NCBI GenBank assembly: GCA_051883415.1 | Contig: JBJETR010000064.1 | Location: forward strand, 18,573 to 82,572 | Length of the DNA: 64,000 nt | Reading direction: 5' to 3' | From: Christensenellales bacterium | Lineage (GTDB): Bacteria > Bacillota > Clostridia > Christensenellales > UBA3700 | Shown here: positions 52,099 to 60,311 of the stretch, piece after piece | Position numbering within the stretch: position 1 is the first letter of the stretch | Layout of the letters: every line of letters begins with the position of its first letter | Made by a program: the position numbers and the translations under genes | Notes under the pieces: generated by a model | What the model was told of the DNA's origin: nothing | The model's database searches: none | The model's input: the letters and a program-made list of their open reading frames with translations, nothing else

Positions 52099-54081
52099 TT
52101 ACGCTTTCTTTTTCTTCCTTACTACTGCTACTATTGCTATAATTATCGCCACTAGGACAAAAGGTGATATCACTATGGCGGCGATTGATATCTTATCGCC
52201 GACTATTCGCCTTGGGTATTGTTGCAGATACTCTTGCATAGTAGGGGTGTGGGCTTCGTATGGTTGCTCTATACCTAGTTGTGTTACGAGGGTGCTAAAC
52301 TCGTCGAAAGCGGTTTGTTTGCGATTGTAGTCGGGGATAGATTCTTCCATTATGGCGTACAGTACGTTGACCTTGATTTCCTCTATACGGCTCACGATAG
52401 CGGGGTTGTCCTTTTCTTGCTCTATGGCTTGGTTGAGCCAAGATAGATATTGGTCGGTATTGCTAGGGGATAGGTAGTCCAAGGTGTGGTAGTTGGACGC
52501 GTCGAATATGTCGAGATTTTTTCCTTTATTTTTGAGTTCTTCGTTACACGTGTCGAGGTATTTTGCAACGAATTCGGCGCCTTCGCCGTAGGTCACTTGC
52601 AGATATTTTGCCAGAGTTTTGCTCACGTCCACGTCGTTGTCCCACATTTGCTTGGAGAGGATATAAGTCCTAAGGTGAGCCATTTCGTCACCGCTCTCTC
52701 TACTGCCTTGGTGGAAGATAGCCGTCACGTTGTTGTCAAGATACAGCGTGTGATTGTCCTTTTGCACGTCGTAGTTAGGGAAAGGCAACAGTAGGTGACT
52801 AAAGTCCACCACATAGTCCCATACCAAAATATTGTGGGCAATCTCGCCCCAGCCCTCAATCAATTTCTTTGCTTTGGCACTTTGCGCCGTCGCGCCGTAG
52901 AGATAGCTGTACATTTGACCGCATTGGATAGGTGCAATTACGATATTGACGTTGTCCTCGCAAGTCATTCCGCTTGGCGGAGTTTCGTTGTAAAAGTATG
53001 CAAGGGTAGAGATGATTTTGTCAGGGAATTTCTGAGCCAGCTTATTGATTATTGGTAGCATAGTGCCCATCATCGAGCCCGTTTCCGCTTTTACGGCAAG
53101 ACATTTGCTACAAGTGCAATAGTCGTAGTTGTCCATAATGCTAAAGTCCCAATATTTTTTGTCGGGATTTTCGGCTATGAGTTCTTCCATTGTCTTTTCG
53201 ATTATAGGATATATGCCATCGGCTGATAGGCACAGTTGCTTAGGTTCGCCGTTTTTGACAACGAAAAATTCGGGGTGAGAGTCAAGATATTCGTCGGGGC
53301 TTACGAAGGTAAACGCCGTGTGACACCAAGTGCCCCAATCTTCGTGTTCTTCTATCTCGTCCGCCACCACGCCGTTGTTTTTGAGTTTTTTGTACCAGCC
53401 GTTTTGCGCTACCTCGTATTGAAAGACCTTGCGCCAAGCAAAGTCGGGGTTGCTCACCTCGTCCACACTATCGAGATAAATCGTAGGCAAATACGGCACG
53501 TAGTCGTAGTCGCTCCTCACGAACATACAGCCGAGGTAGTCCTCGAGCAAACCGTACACGCCGTTGGATAGGGCGTCGTCGTCAAGGGTAAGGATATGTA
53601 TATTGCCGTCTTGGCTGACGATACGATAACCGTCGTCCTTTACGTTTTCTTTGGATAGCGTGGCGGTGGCGATACTGTCGCCCAAAGCAATATAATGCTC
53701 CGGCAAAGCCTCGCTGTCGTCCACTACTTCAAAACTATTCGTACTGCCAATTATTGTGTTGAGGTATTCCTTCATAGTTTCGGCAAGCTCCACTACGTTA
53801 GGCTCGGCGTATTGACTAATCAATATTTTGTAATCGGAGGCTCCGTCTAGAGCAAGTCCTATATCCTTTTCCACGCTCATTTGCTCTCTAAAACTTGCTT
53901 CGTCATACTCGCCTAAGTGAGAGGATATATTTAGCGTTTCGCTCGACATGACGCTCTTATCACGCTTGTTGCAAGCTACCATGGTGAGGCTCAGACACAT
54001 CGCGATAATTATGATCGCCACCAAAATACACAACCTTTTTTGCAAGCTAATATTTTCACTTTTCTTATTTTTTGCGTTCAT
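52099..54081 (-). CDS. Lipoprotein resembling the DUF4838 (glycoside-hydrolase-like) family, with an additional C-terminal TM helix plus KKKK tail
   Basis: Lipobox (LTMVAC). The N-terminal module reads SDYKILIS...DDGYRIVSQDGNIHIL...NGVYGLLEDYLGCMFV, as in DUF4838 proteins. The C-terminus is ISIAAIVISPFVLVAIIIAIVAVVRKKKKA. Confidence 0.75.
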   Translation of the reverse strand: MNAKNKKSENISLQKRLCILVAIIIIAMCLSLTMVACNKRDKSVMSSETLNISSHLGEYDEASFREQMSVEKDIGLALDGASDYKILISQYAEPNVVELAETMKEYLNTIIGSTNSFEVVDDSEALPEHYIALGDSIATATLSKENVKDDGYRIVSQDGNIHILTLDDDALSNGVYGLLEDYLGCMFVRSDYDYVPYLPTIYLDSVDEVSNPDFAWRKVFQYEVAQNGWYKKLKNNGVVADEIEEHEDWGTWCHTAFTFVSPDEYLDSHPEFFVVKNGEPKQLCLSADGIYPIIEKTMEELIAENPDKKYWDFSIMDNYDYCTCSKCLAVKAETGSMMGTMLPIINKLAQKFPDKIISTLAYFYNETPPSGMTCEDNVNIVIAPIQCGQMYSYLYGATAQSAKAKKLIEGWGEIAHNILVWDYVVDFSHLLLPFPNYDVQKDNHTLYLDNNVTAIFHQGSRESGDEMAHLRTYILSKQMWDNDVDVSKTLAKYLQVTYGEGAEFVAKYLDTCNEELKNKGKNLDIFDASNYHTLDYLSPSNTDQYLSWLNQAIEQEKDNPAIVSRIEEIKVNVLYAIMEESIPDYNRKQTAFDEFSTLVTQLGIEQPYEAHTPTMQEYLQQYPRRIVGDKISIAAIVISPFVLVAIIIAIVAVVRKKKKA

Positions 54082-54202
54082 AAATGTATTGTAACATATA
54101 ATATAGAAATTCTCAATAGCAATATCGCTAAATCACCATAAACTTCAAAACACGGCAAAATTGCTATAGCTAATTGTAAGCGTTACATTACGAATAGTAC
54201 AC

Positions 54203-54229
54203 AAAAACTCGATACGTATCGAGTTTTTT
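54203..54229. repeat. Near-perfect copy of the palindromic intergenic element
   Basis: aaaaactcgatacgtatcgagtttttt. This copy sits between divergent genes, not at a 3' end. Confidence 0.75.
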
Positions 54230-54328
54230 GGTGCATAAAACGTAAATAAGTTATTCCTCACGAAGAATACAATTCCGTCGTATAAATAAGGTTTTGTTCC
54301 CAAAAAACAATATTTTTTCAAAAAGAGC

Positions 54329-54357
54329 TTGACATTGACATTCTTGGCGTATAAAAT
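54329..54357 (+). promoter_or_regulatory. Sigma-A-type promoter for the small RHH-like gene
   Basis: TTGACA (tandemly duplicated as TTGACATTGACA), a 17-nt spacer, then TAAAAT. The palindrome GTCGTAT-ag-ATACGAC follows at about 54375-54390. Confidence 0.45.
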
Positions 54358-54404
54358 AATAGTGTCGTATAGATACGACTATCTATTTTTGGAGGTATGG
54401 AAAT

Positions 54405-54662
54405 ATGGCTAAGCCAAGAAGCGAAAAAGACAAGAGATACGAAGAAAGGCACAAAGAAGAGCGTAAAGCAAAAAACGTTATTTGGGGAACGAGCCTTCCG
54501 AGAGAGATGGCGGAAGAAATAAACGCTTTTTTGAAAGAGTACGGACACACAAAAGTCGAACTTATCCAAGCGGGATATGAAGAATTATTGTCCTTCTATA
54601 ATCTAGACCTTGCCAAGTTAAAGGACGGTTACGACGATTTCTTTGGATTTGAGAATCGTTAA
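54405..54662 (+). CDS. Small (85-aa) basic protein, possibly ribbon-helix-helix
   Basis: GGAGG is upstream. The N-terminus is basic (KPRSEKDKRYEERHKEERKAK). It is followed by a strand-helix-helix-like segment (VIWGTSLPREMAEEINAFLKEYGHTKVELIQAGYEELL). Confidence 0.55.
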   Translation: MAKPRSEKDKRYEERHKEERKAKNVIWGTSLPREMAEEINAFLKEYGHTKVELIQAGYEELLSFYNLDLAKLKDGYDDFFGFENR

Positions 54663-54682
54663 CCTAAAAGGCTTTTTGACCT

Positions 54683-54722
54683 CGTAGCGAGGGTGAAAAG
54701 CCAAGTGATAAAAAATCACCCT
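54683..54722 (+). repeat. Copy 1 of a 40-bp direct repeat, CGTAGCGAGGGTGAAAA-N10-AAAAAATCACCCT
   Basis: It repeats at 54980-55019. The CGTAGCGAGGGT part equals the sense sequence of the tRNA-Ser variable-arm/T-stem junction, but in the opposite orientation to the tRNA gene. Confidence 0.7.
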
Positions 54723-54892
54723 AAATGCATTGAGCAAAATCAGACTTCGGGATTTGAGTCTAGTATTTTGCAAAGGCGAAATTACTCATTGGAACAAACG
54801 CTTTGCAAAATACGTCGGTCACCGCTAAAAATCTGCCACAGGCAGGTTTTATTAACGCTCTTTCAAATCCCTCTTAGCATAACACAAAAAAT

Positions 54893-54925
54893 AACCTAAT
54901 CCAAAATTCGGATTAGGTTATTTTT
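54893..54925 (+). terminator. Rho-independent terminator on the plus strand in the RHH-tRNA spacer
   Basis: aacctaatcc-aaaattc-ggattaggtt followed by ATTTTT. Confidence 0.6.
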
Positions 54926-54940
54926 GGCGGAGAAAGAGGG
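54925..54940 (-). repeat. 16-nt direct duplicate of the tRNA-Ser 3' end (att-like scar)
   Basis: tggcggagaaagaggg is identical to 55037-55052, which covers the CCA end, acceptor arm and start of the T-stem of the tRNA. Confidence 0.75.
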
Positions 54941-54979
54941 TTTTGCCTTACAGCGAACTGAAAGTGAGCGTGCAGCGAG

Positions 54980-55019
54980 CGTAGCGAGGGTGAAAATCAA
55001 CAAAATAAAAAATCACCCT
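54980..55019 (+). repeat. Copy 2 of the 40-bp direct repeat
   Basis: cgtagcgagggtgaaaa-tcaacaaaat-aaaaaatcaccct. It overlaps the tRNA terminator region. Confidence 0.7.
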
Positions 55020-55035
55020 GATATAACTCAGGGTG
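55005..55035 (-). terminator. Rho-independent terminator immediately downstream of tRNA-Ser
   Basis: The minus strand reads caccctga-gttata-tcagggtg followed by ATTTTTT. Confidence 0.6.
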
Positions 55036-55036
55036 T

Positions 55037-55127
55037 TGGCGGAGAAAGAGGGATTTGAACCCTCGCTACGGTATCCCGTACTACTCCCTTAGCAGGGGAG
55101 CCCCTTCGGCCTCTTGGGTATTTCTCC
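55037..55127 (-). tRNA. tRNA-Ser (anticodon GCU), CCA encoded
   Basis: The reverse complement folds by hand into a cloverleaf. Acceptor GGAGAAA/TTTCTCC, anticodon stem CTCCC/GGGAG with loop CT-GCT-AA, long variable arm TACGG-GATA-CCGTA, T-arm GAGGG-TTCAAAT-CCCTC, and the 3' end GCCA. Confidence 0.9.
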
Positions 55128-55300
55128 ACAGTCGAAGTATAAAAAACTATATTAGCATAAGTATAGTAGCACACAATGTGGCTTTTGTCAAAGTCTTTTT
55201 GCAAAATTTTTGTAGGGCTGGGATAAACCCTAACAAAGGATGCATAAAGCAAGATAGCCGAGACCTCTCGTGTCAACCTGTTGTTGCGTTGGGTATATTA

Positions 55301-56071
55301 CTAGTCAAAAAGCGAGTCAACGCAAGGCGTCAGTAGAGAGGTGATGAGCTCGTAAGACTCACTCGTCATGTGCAGTCCGTCGAAGGTATATTTGTCTTGC
55401 AGTTGTTTGTTGTCGCCCACAAGGTGAGAGTAGGTGTCGATGAGCTCAACTTGATAAATGGTGCACAAGTGTTTGATATACTCGTTGAGCAAAATTACGT
55501 TGTCGTCTGTGAGATATTCGCCAATCAAATCCTTGCCTGCGAGTTTGACGGAACGGTTGACGGGATAGACTGTTTGCATAAAGATTTTGGTGTCGGGCAA
55601 TTCTTCTCTCACAACGTGCAGAATTTTGGAGAGATTGACTGCAATATCTTCGGGAGAAGAACCTTTTCTGAGGTCATTGCAACCACCTAAAAGGAAAATT
55701 GCTCTTGGCTTGATATTGAGCACGTTGGACTCGAGTCTGACCAGCATTCTGTCTGTGGTGTCGCCGGAAATACCTCTGTTGTATATATCGGCTTGAGGAA
55801 AGTAATATCCCAAATCGTACATTTCGGTAATAGAATCGCCCAAAAATACTATTTGCCCGACCTCTGCACTTTGATTGAGATAGGCGTATCTTTTTGCTTT
55901 GGCATCTTTGATATAGTCTTTGCTAAACATAGCGTTGCCGTAGATATTATAGGCTATAGCAAAGATAGAAATGCTTGCCATGAGCAGTATGATAACAAGC
56001 AAAACCGCCACAATAGTGATATTGCGTGCAGTAAAAATATTACGCATTGGTTTTGCGTGACGTCGTTTCAT
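55301..56071 (-). CDS. Membrane-anchored SGNH/GDSL-family hydrolase
   Basis: N-terminal TM. Block I is FLGDSITE, block III is GGCNDL, and the C-terminal part has DGLHMT (the DxxH block). Confidence 0.8.
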   Translation of the reverse strand: MKRRHAKPMRNIFTARNITIVAVLLVIILLMASISIFAIAYNIYGNAMFSKDYIKDAKAKRYAYLNQSAEVGQIVFLGDSITEMYDLGYYFPQADIYNRGISGDTTDRMLVRLESNVLNIKPRAIFLLGGCNDLRKGSSPEDIAVNLSKILHVVREELPDTKIFMQTVYPVNRSVKLAGKDLIGEYLTDDNVILLNEYIKHLCTIYQVELIDTYSHLVGDNKQLQDKYTFDGLHMTSESYELITSLLTPCVDSLFD

Positions 56072-56281
56072 AGTATTATTATATAACTACTTGAAAGAAT
56101 ATGCAACAGTAGAACAATGGCTTTTTGTATAAAGTCAAAGAATAAAAAGCATTTTTGAGCAAAAACTGCTAAAAATGCAGCAATATAAAATAATAAAGAT
56201 TATCGCAAATCATATCCCAACATGCTAGTCAACAATATTTATTGGCAAAAGTGAAAAACTGTGTTATAATAAAAAAGATTT

Positions 56282-57655
56282 ATGGAATCGAAGTATAACG
56301 TTATCAATAAACTAAAAGCCAAAAAGTTTCGACTGACCAACATACAGGTCATAGTGCTTGGGTACTTTTTGGTAATAATGTTCGGTACCTTTTTGTTGTC
56401 TTTGCCATTTGCCTCCAAATCGAGACAATGGACGGGCTTTTTTACTTCGCTCTTTACGGCAACTTCCGCCACGTGCGTTACGGGATTGGTGCTAGTAGAC
56501 ACGTTTAGTCATTGGTCGCTGTTTGGACAAATGGTAATTATGTGTTTGATACAGCTGGGCGGAGTAGGATTTATGACGATGGTGTCGTTGGTATCGGTAG
56601 TGGTTAGACGACAGTTGGGGCTATACCAAAAGACGATACTACAAAAGTCTATGGGCTCGGCACGTTTTTCGGTGCTCAGCAAGCTACTCAATAGAGTATT
56701 GATATGCACAATGTGTTTCGAGGGCGCGGGCACTCTGTTACTTTGCACTAGATTTATGCCTAAGATGGGCTTTTGGCAAGGATTATTCAACGCAATGTTC
56801 CACTCCATCTCGGCGTTTTGCAATGCGGGCTTCGACTTGATGGGCAAGTACGGCGCTTATAGTTCTATGACAACTTTTTCGGGCGACGTGGTAGTCAATT
56901 TGACTCTAATGGCGTTGATATTTGCGGGTGGTTTGGGCTTCTTGTTGTGGAGCGACGTGTACGACAAAAAGATGAAATTGAGCAAGACTAGTCTTCAGAC
57001 CAAAATGGTGCTTGCAGTTACGCCGATGCTCATTTTGATGCCTGCATTATTTATTTTTGTAGTTGAGCGCAACAATGCCTTTGCGGGAATGTCCGTTGGC
57101 GAAGCATTATTAGCTTCCCTCTTTCAGTCGGTTACTTCCAGAACTGCGGGTTTCAATTCTATTGACTTGTCGGGCTTAAGCAACTCGAGCATAGTTTTGA
57201 CGATAGTGCTGATGATGGTGGGAGGCAACGTAGGCTCGACTGCCGGTGGTATCAAAATTACTACCGTCATCATAGTATTTTTGGGTGTATTGTCCACGAT
57301 TAGGGACAAAGAACACGTTGACGTAGGCAAGAGAAGATTTTCGGACAAACTTGTCAGACAAGCCAATGCAATATTTATATTTTATTTGTCCATTATAGTA
57401 GTGGCTTCCTTGCTTATAGCCATAATAGACAAAGAAATTCCCGTGCAAGCGGTGGTATTCGAAGTGGTATCGGCGATAGGTACGGTAGGCTTGAGTTTGG
57501 TGGGAACGGCAGAGTTTTCTTTGGTAAGTAAATGTATTTTGTTATTGTTGATGTTCATGGGACGTGTAGGCGCAATATCCTTGTTATCCGCCTTTATGGA
57601 AACGAGGCAAAAACCGCCTATCAAGCGACCAATAGAAGAAATTATGATAGGATAA
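56282..57655 (+). CDS. ktrB: TrkH/KtrB-family potassium uptake membrane subunit
   Basis: 457 aa and polytopic. Repeated selectivity-filter-like segments are TATCVTG, FCNAGFD, TSRTAGFNS and STAGGIK. It is followed by the RCK subunit gene. Confidence 0.85.
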   Translation: MESKYNVINKLKAKKFRLTNIQVIVLGYFLVIMFGTFLLSLPFASKSRQWTGFFTSLFTATSATCVTGLVLVDTFSHWSLFGQMVIMCLIQLGGVGFMTMVSLVSVVVRRQLGLYQKTILQKSMGSARFSVLSKLLNRVLICTMCFEGAGTLLLCTRFMPKMGFWQGLFNAMFHSISAFCNAGFDLMGKYGAYSSMTTFSGDVVVNLTLMALIFAGGLGFLLWSDVYDKKMKLSKTSLQTKMVLAVTPMLILMPALFIFVVERNNAFAGMSVGEALLASLFQSVTSRTAGFNSIDLSGLSNSSIVLTIVLMMVGGNVGSTAGGIKITTVIIVFLGVLSTIRDKEHVDVGKRRFSDKLVRQANAIFIFYLSIIVVASLLIAIIDKEIPVQAVVFEVVSAIGTVGLSLVGTAEFSLVSKCILLLLMFMGRVGAISLLSAFMETRQKPPIKRPIEEIMIG

Positions 57656-57665
57656 GGAGAATAAT

Positions 57666-58313
57666 ATGAAATCGGTATTGATTATAGGAATGGGAAGATT
57701 TGGCAAGACGCTTGCCTACAAGATGGCAGAGCTTGGCAATGAGGTGATGATTGTTGACAAGGACGAAGAAATCGTCAATCAACTTGCTCCTGATTTTGTC
57801 AATGCAATGATAGGCGACTGCACCAACGAATCGGTGGTGAGAAATCTCGGCGTAAGCAACTTCGATATATGTTTTGTAGCCATTGGCGACAACTTCCAAG
57901 CTTCTTTGGAAATCACGTCTTTGCTCAAAGAATTGGATGCTAAGTACGTCGTGTCCAAAGCCGATAGAGATATGCAAGCCAAGTTTTTGGAACGCAACGG
58001 TGCCGACGAGGTAGTATATCCTGAACATGATATCGCCGAAAAGCTTGCCATTAGGCATAATGCCAAAAATATCTTCGACTATGTTGAGATTACCAACGAC
58101 TATGCAATATACGAGTTGGCAGTAGTCAAAGAATGGGTAGGCAAGAGCCTAAAAGAACTCAACATTCGTCACAACTACGGCGTCAATATTATGGCGCTCA
58201 AGCAAGGCGGAAGCATAGAGATACCCTCGGCGGAGACGGTCTTTGAAGAAAACGATCATATCTTCGTCATAGGCAAGCAAAAGGACGTATTCAAGCTATC
58301 CAACAAGACTTGA
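57666..58313 (+). CDS. ktrA: TrkA/KtrA-family RCK (NAD-binding) potassium uptake subunit
   Basis: The Rossmann N-terminus is VLIIGMGRFGKTLA, with a C-terminal TrkA-C-like part. AAGGAGA is upstream. Confidence 0.85.
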   Translation: MKSVLIIGMGRFGKTLAYKMAELGNEVMIVDKDEEIVNQLAPDFVNAMIGDCTNESVVRNLGVSNFDICFVAIGDNFQASLEITSLLKELDAKYVVSKADRDMQAKFLERNGADEVVYPEHDIAEKLAIRHNAKNIFDYVEITNDYAIYELAVVKEWVGKSLKELNIRHNYGVNIMALKQGGSIEIPSAETVFEENDHIFVIGKQKDVFKLSNKT

Positions 58314-58342
58314 TACTGCGATATAATAGTTGAAGCAATCAT

Positions 58343-58374
58343 TCACGAAGCCTGACGCTTCGTGATATTTTTTT
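58343..58374 (+). terminator. Rho-independent terminator after ktrA
   Basis: tcacgaagc-ctgac-gcttcgtga followed by TATTTTTTT. Confidence 0.7.
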
Positions 58375-58377
58375 GCA

Positions 58378-58393
58378 CACGTATTGAGTTTTT
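58378..58393. repeat. Half-copy of the palindromic intergenic element
   Basis: cacgtattgagttttt is identical to 6288-6303. Confidence 0.5.
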
Positions 58394-58493
58394 GTTTTTT
58401 TGGAATAGTAGGGACAATACTATTTTGCATATATTTTATTCTAAAGCCGTTGAATAAAACTTGAAAGCAAGGGCATAATCAAACGGGGGGATT

Positions 58494-58742
58494 ATGAGAC
58501 AAGTCAAAAAGAGCATAGATTATATCAAAAAAGCCATTGCTCAGCTCAAGGGCAAAGAGCTCTCCTTTGTTGTCAACAAGGGTAGAAACAAATTCGTTAC
58601 GTTTGACGGTAAGGTGGTGGACGCATACGACTCGATATTTACCATAGTGTCAACCGACAACTTCGGCAACGAACTTTTTACCTTTTCTTACAACGACGTG
58701 GCGTGCAAAACTATAAGAATTTTGCCTCCTAAGTCAAATTGA
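58494..58742 (+). CDS. veg: Veg-like small protein
   Basis: 82 aa. IKKAIAQLKGKELSFVVNKGRNKFVTFDGKVVDAYDSIFTI...FSYNDV follows the Veg (DUF1021) pattern. The usual position is upstream of ispE in sporeformers. Confidence 0.75.
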   Translation: MRQVKKSIDYIKKAIAQLKGKELSFVVNKGRNKFVTFDGKVVDAYDSIFTIVSTDNFGNELFTFSYNDVACKTIRILPPKSN

Positions 58743-58799
58743 TGTCATAAAGCACGGCAAAGCTAGATATATTGTACTAACGAAAAACAAGAGGTGCCT

Positions 58800-60299
58800 A
58801 TGTCTATCAATGCCGTATATCAACCAATATCAATCGACTACGAAAAGAGCTGTCAGTCCAAGCAAATACTTTTGGGCTGCAATATGGATACGTCGTCCAA
58901 GGGCGGAGTGTCCAAAGTATTCTTTGTCAAAAGTAGTGCGCAAATAACCAAGGTCGTCCCAATGACGGGGCAGGTCAAAATAAGCGGTTTCGTCAATATC
59001 AAGGTAGTATATCTCAATACCGACAAGCAATGCGAAAGCTTTGATTATATCACCGATTTCGTTGAGGATATCGACTGTGACGCTGTGACCGAAGATATGC
59101 AGGTGCGAGTAAGTGCAAAGGTCGTGGACAGCGAATACCAAATCAATGGTGACCAAATCAAAATTCAAGTGGTAGTCGAGCTTCGTCCTATATTCGTAGA
59201 GAGTCAGACTCAACAATACGTAGTCAGCGCCGAGGGTGCGCTAATCAAGGATAGTCAATCGTGCAACCAAACCTTTGTGGATTACGTAGATAGAGAGATT
59301 GAGATTGCTCAGGAGTACGACAGCGGAATGAACGTAGAAAAGGTACTCTTTTTTGACATGACCGCAGGCGTAGACGACGTGTCTGCAGCGGGCGATATCG
59401 TGTCGGTCAAAGGCAGTGTCAACGTAGAAATCATCTATCTTGCCGAAGGCAAAATAATAGAAAAAACCATGGAGCTTCCTTTTGAAGAGGAGTGGAGAGA
59501 AAAGACGAGTGACTTGGTTGCTAAGGTGGAAGCTTCTATCAAAAACAGTAAGCTCGTGTTGCAGGGCACCGAGGACAGTGCCGTTATGAGAGTGGAAGCT
59601 CTATGCAAGCTAGGTGGAGTGGTGATGAGCGAAAACTGTCTGGAGACGGTGGAAGATATGTTTTGTCCCGAGGCGGAATTGGATTGCCAATACTCGCAAT
59701 GCGAGTACGATCGTCAAGTTCAGCCTTTACACTGTCATATAGACGTATCGGGAAGCGAGAGCATCGACGATAACGCAGCCGACGTCAAGCAAGTACTTGC
59801 AACTCATGCAATCAATTGCAGTATTGCCGACGTCAGCGGCAAGGACGAGATGAAGATAAGCGGAATGGTAGAGGTAGCGATAGTTTATCTGGACGAAAAC
59901 GATGAGGTAGACTGCAAAAACATTGAGATACCTTTTGTAGAAAAGTGCCAATACGGTTTGGGAAACGACAAGCTTATGGACTGCACTCCGTACGTCAAAG
60001 ACGTAACCGTCAAGGTCAAGAGGGACAGAGAGTTCGAGGTCAATCTCGATATAGACGTGGCTATGGATATTGCCGAGAGGACGGTGGTCAAGGGTATATC
60101 CGAAGTGGTAGAAGGCGAAACTCGCCAGGTGGATAGAGTGGCGATAAGCATTTATACGCCTAAGCAAGGCGAATCTTTGTGGGACGTTGCCAAACAACTT
60201 GCCGTCAGCGACAGGGAAATAATTGCTCAAAATCCGGGCGTTGGAGACGTAATGACGGGAGCGGAAAGATTGGTGGTTTACAGAGAACTCAAAGTATGA
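58800..60299 (+). CDS. DUF3794 (SPOCS)-like repeat protein with a C-terminal LysM-like motif
   Basis: Repeated beta-rich modules. The C-terminus is YTPKQGESLWDVAKQLAVSDREIIAQNPG (LysM-like). The veg-ispE neighbourhood is typical of Clostridia. I chose the start at the ATG at 58800, after AGAGG. Confidence 0.65.
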   Translation: MSINAVYQPISIDYEKSCQSKQILLGCNMDTSSKGGVSKVFFVKSSAQITKVVPMTGQVKISGFVNIKVVYLNTDKQCESFDYITDFVEDIDCDAVTEDMQVRVSAKVVDSEYQINGDQIKIQVVVELRPIFVESQTQQYVVSAEGALIKDSQSCNQTFVDYVDREIEIAQEYDSGMNVEKVLFFDMTAGVDDVSAAGDIVSVKGSVNVEIIYLAEGKIIEKTMELPFEEEWREKTSDLVAKVEASIKNSKLVLQGTEDSAVMRVEALCKLGGVVMSENCLETVEDMFCPEAELDCQYSQCEYDRQVQPLHCHIDVSGSESIDDNAADVKQVLATHAINCSIADVSGKDEMKISGMVEVAIVYLDENDEVDCKNIEIPFVEKCQYGLGNDKLMDCTPYVKDVTVKVKRDREFEVNLDIDVAMDIAERTVVKGISEVVEGETRQVDRVAISIYTPKQGESLWDVAKQLAVSDREIIAQNPGVGDVMTGAERLVVYRELKV

Positions 60300-60311
60300 T
60301 ATAATATCCGT

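Noticed and set aside
54693-54899. 68-aa ORF in the spacer between the RHH gene and tRNA-Ser.
   Set aside because: It has a GTG start without an SD, and its sequence is dominated by hairpins and tRNA-derived fragments. The translation shows no protein-like features. A structured non-coding region or scar is more likely.
42846-55036. Calling the tRNA-adjacent block a mobile element or prophage.
   Set aside because: No integrase, recombinase, transposase, phage or conjugation gene is present, and I found no left-end att repeat. It is reported only as an accessory-looking block.
56072-56281. Looked for a c-di-AMP (ydaO/kimA-type) riboswitch upstream of ktrB.
   Set aside because: The 210-bp region is AT-rich, with only an extended -10 (TGTGTTATAAT) and an imperfect palindrome (gcatttttgagc...gctaaaaatgc). 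I saw none of the GC-rich conserved helices expected for that riboswitch.
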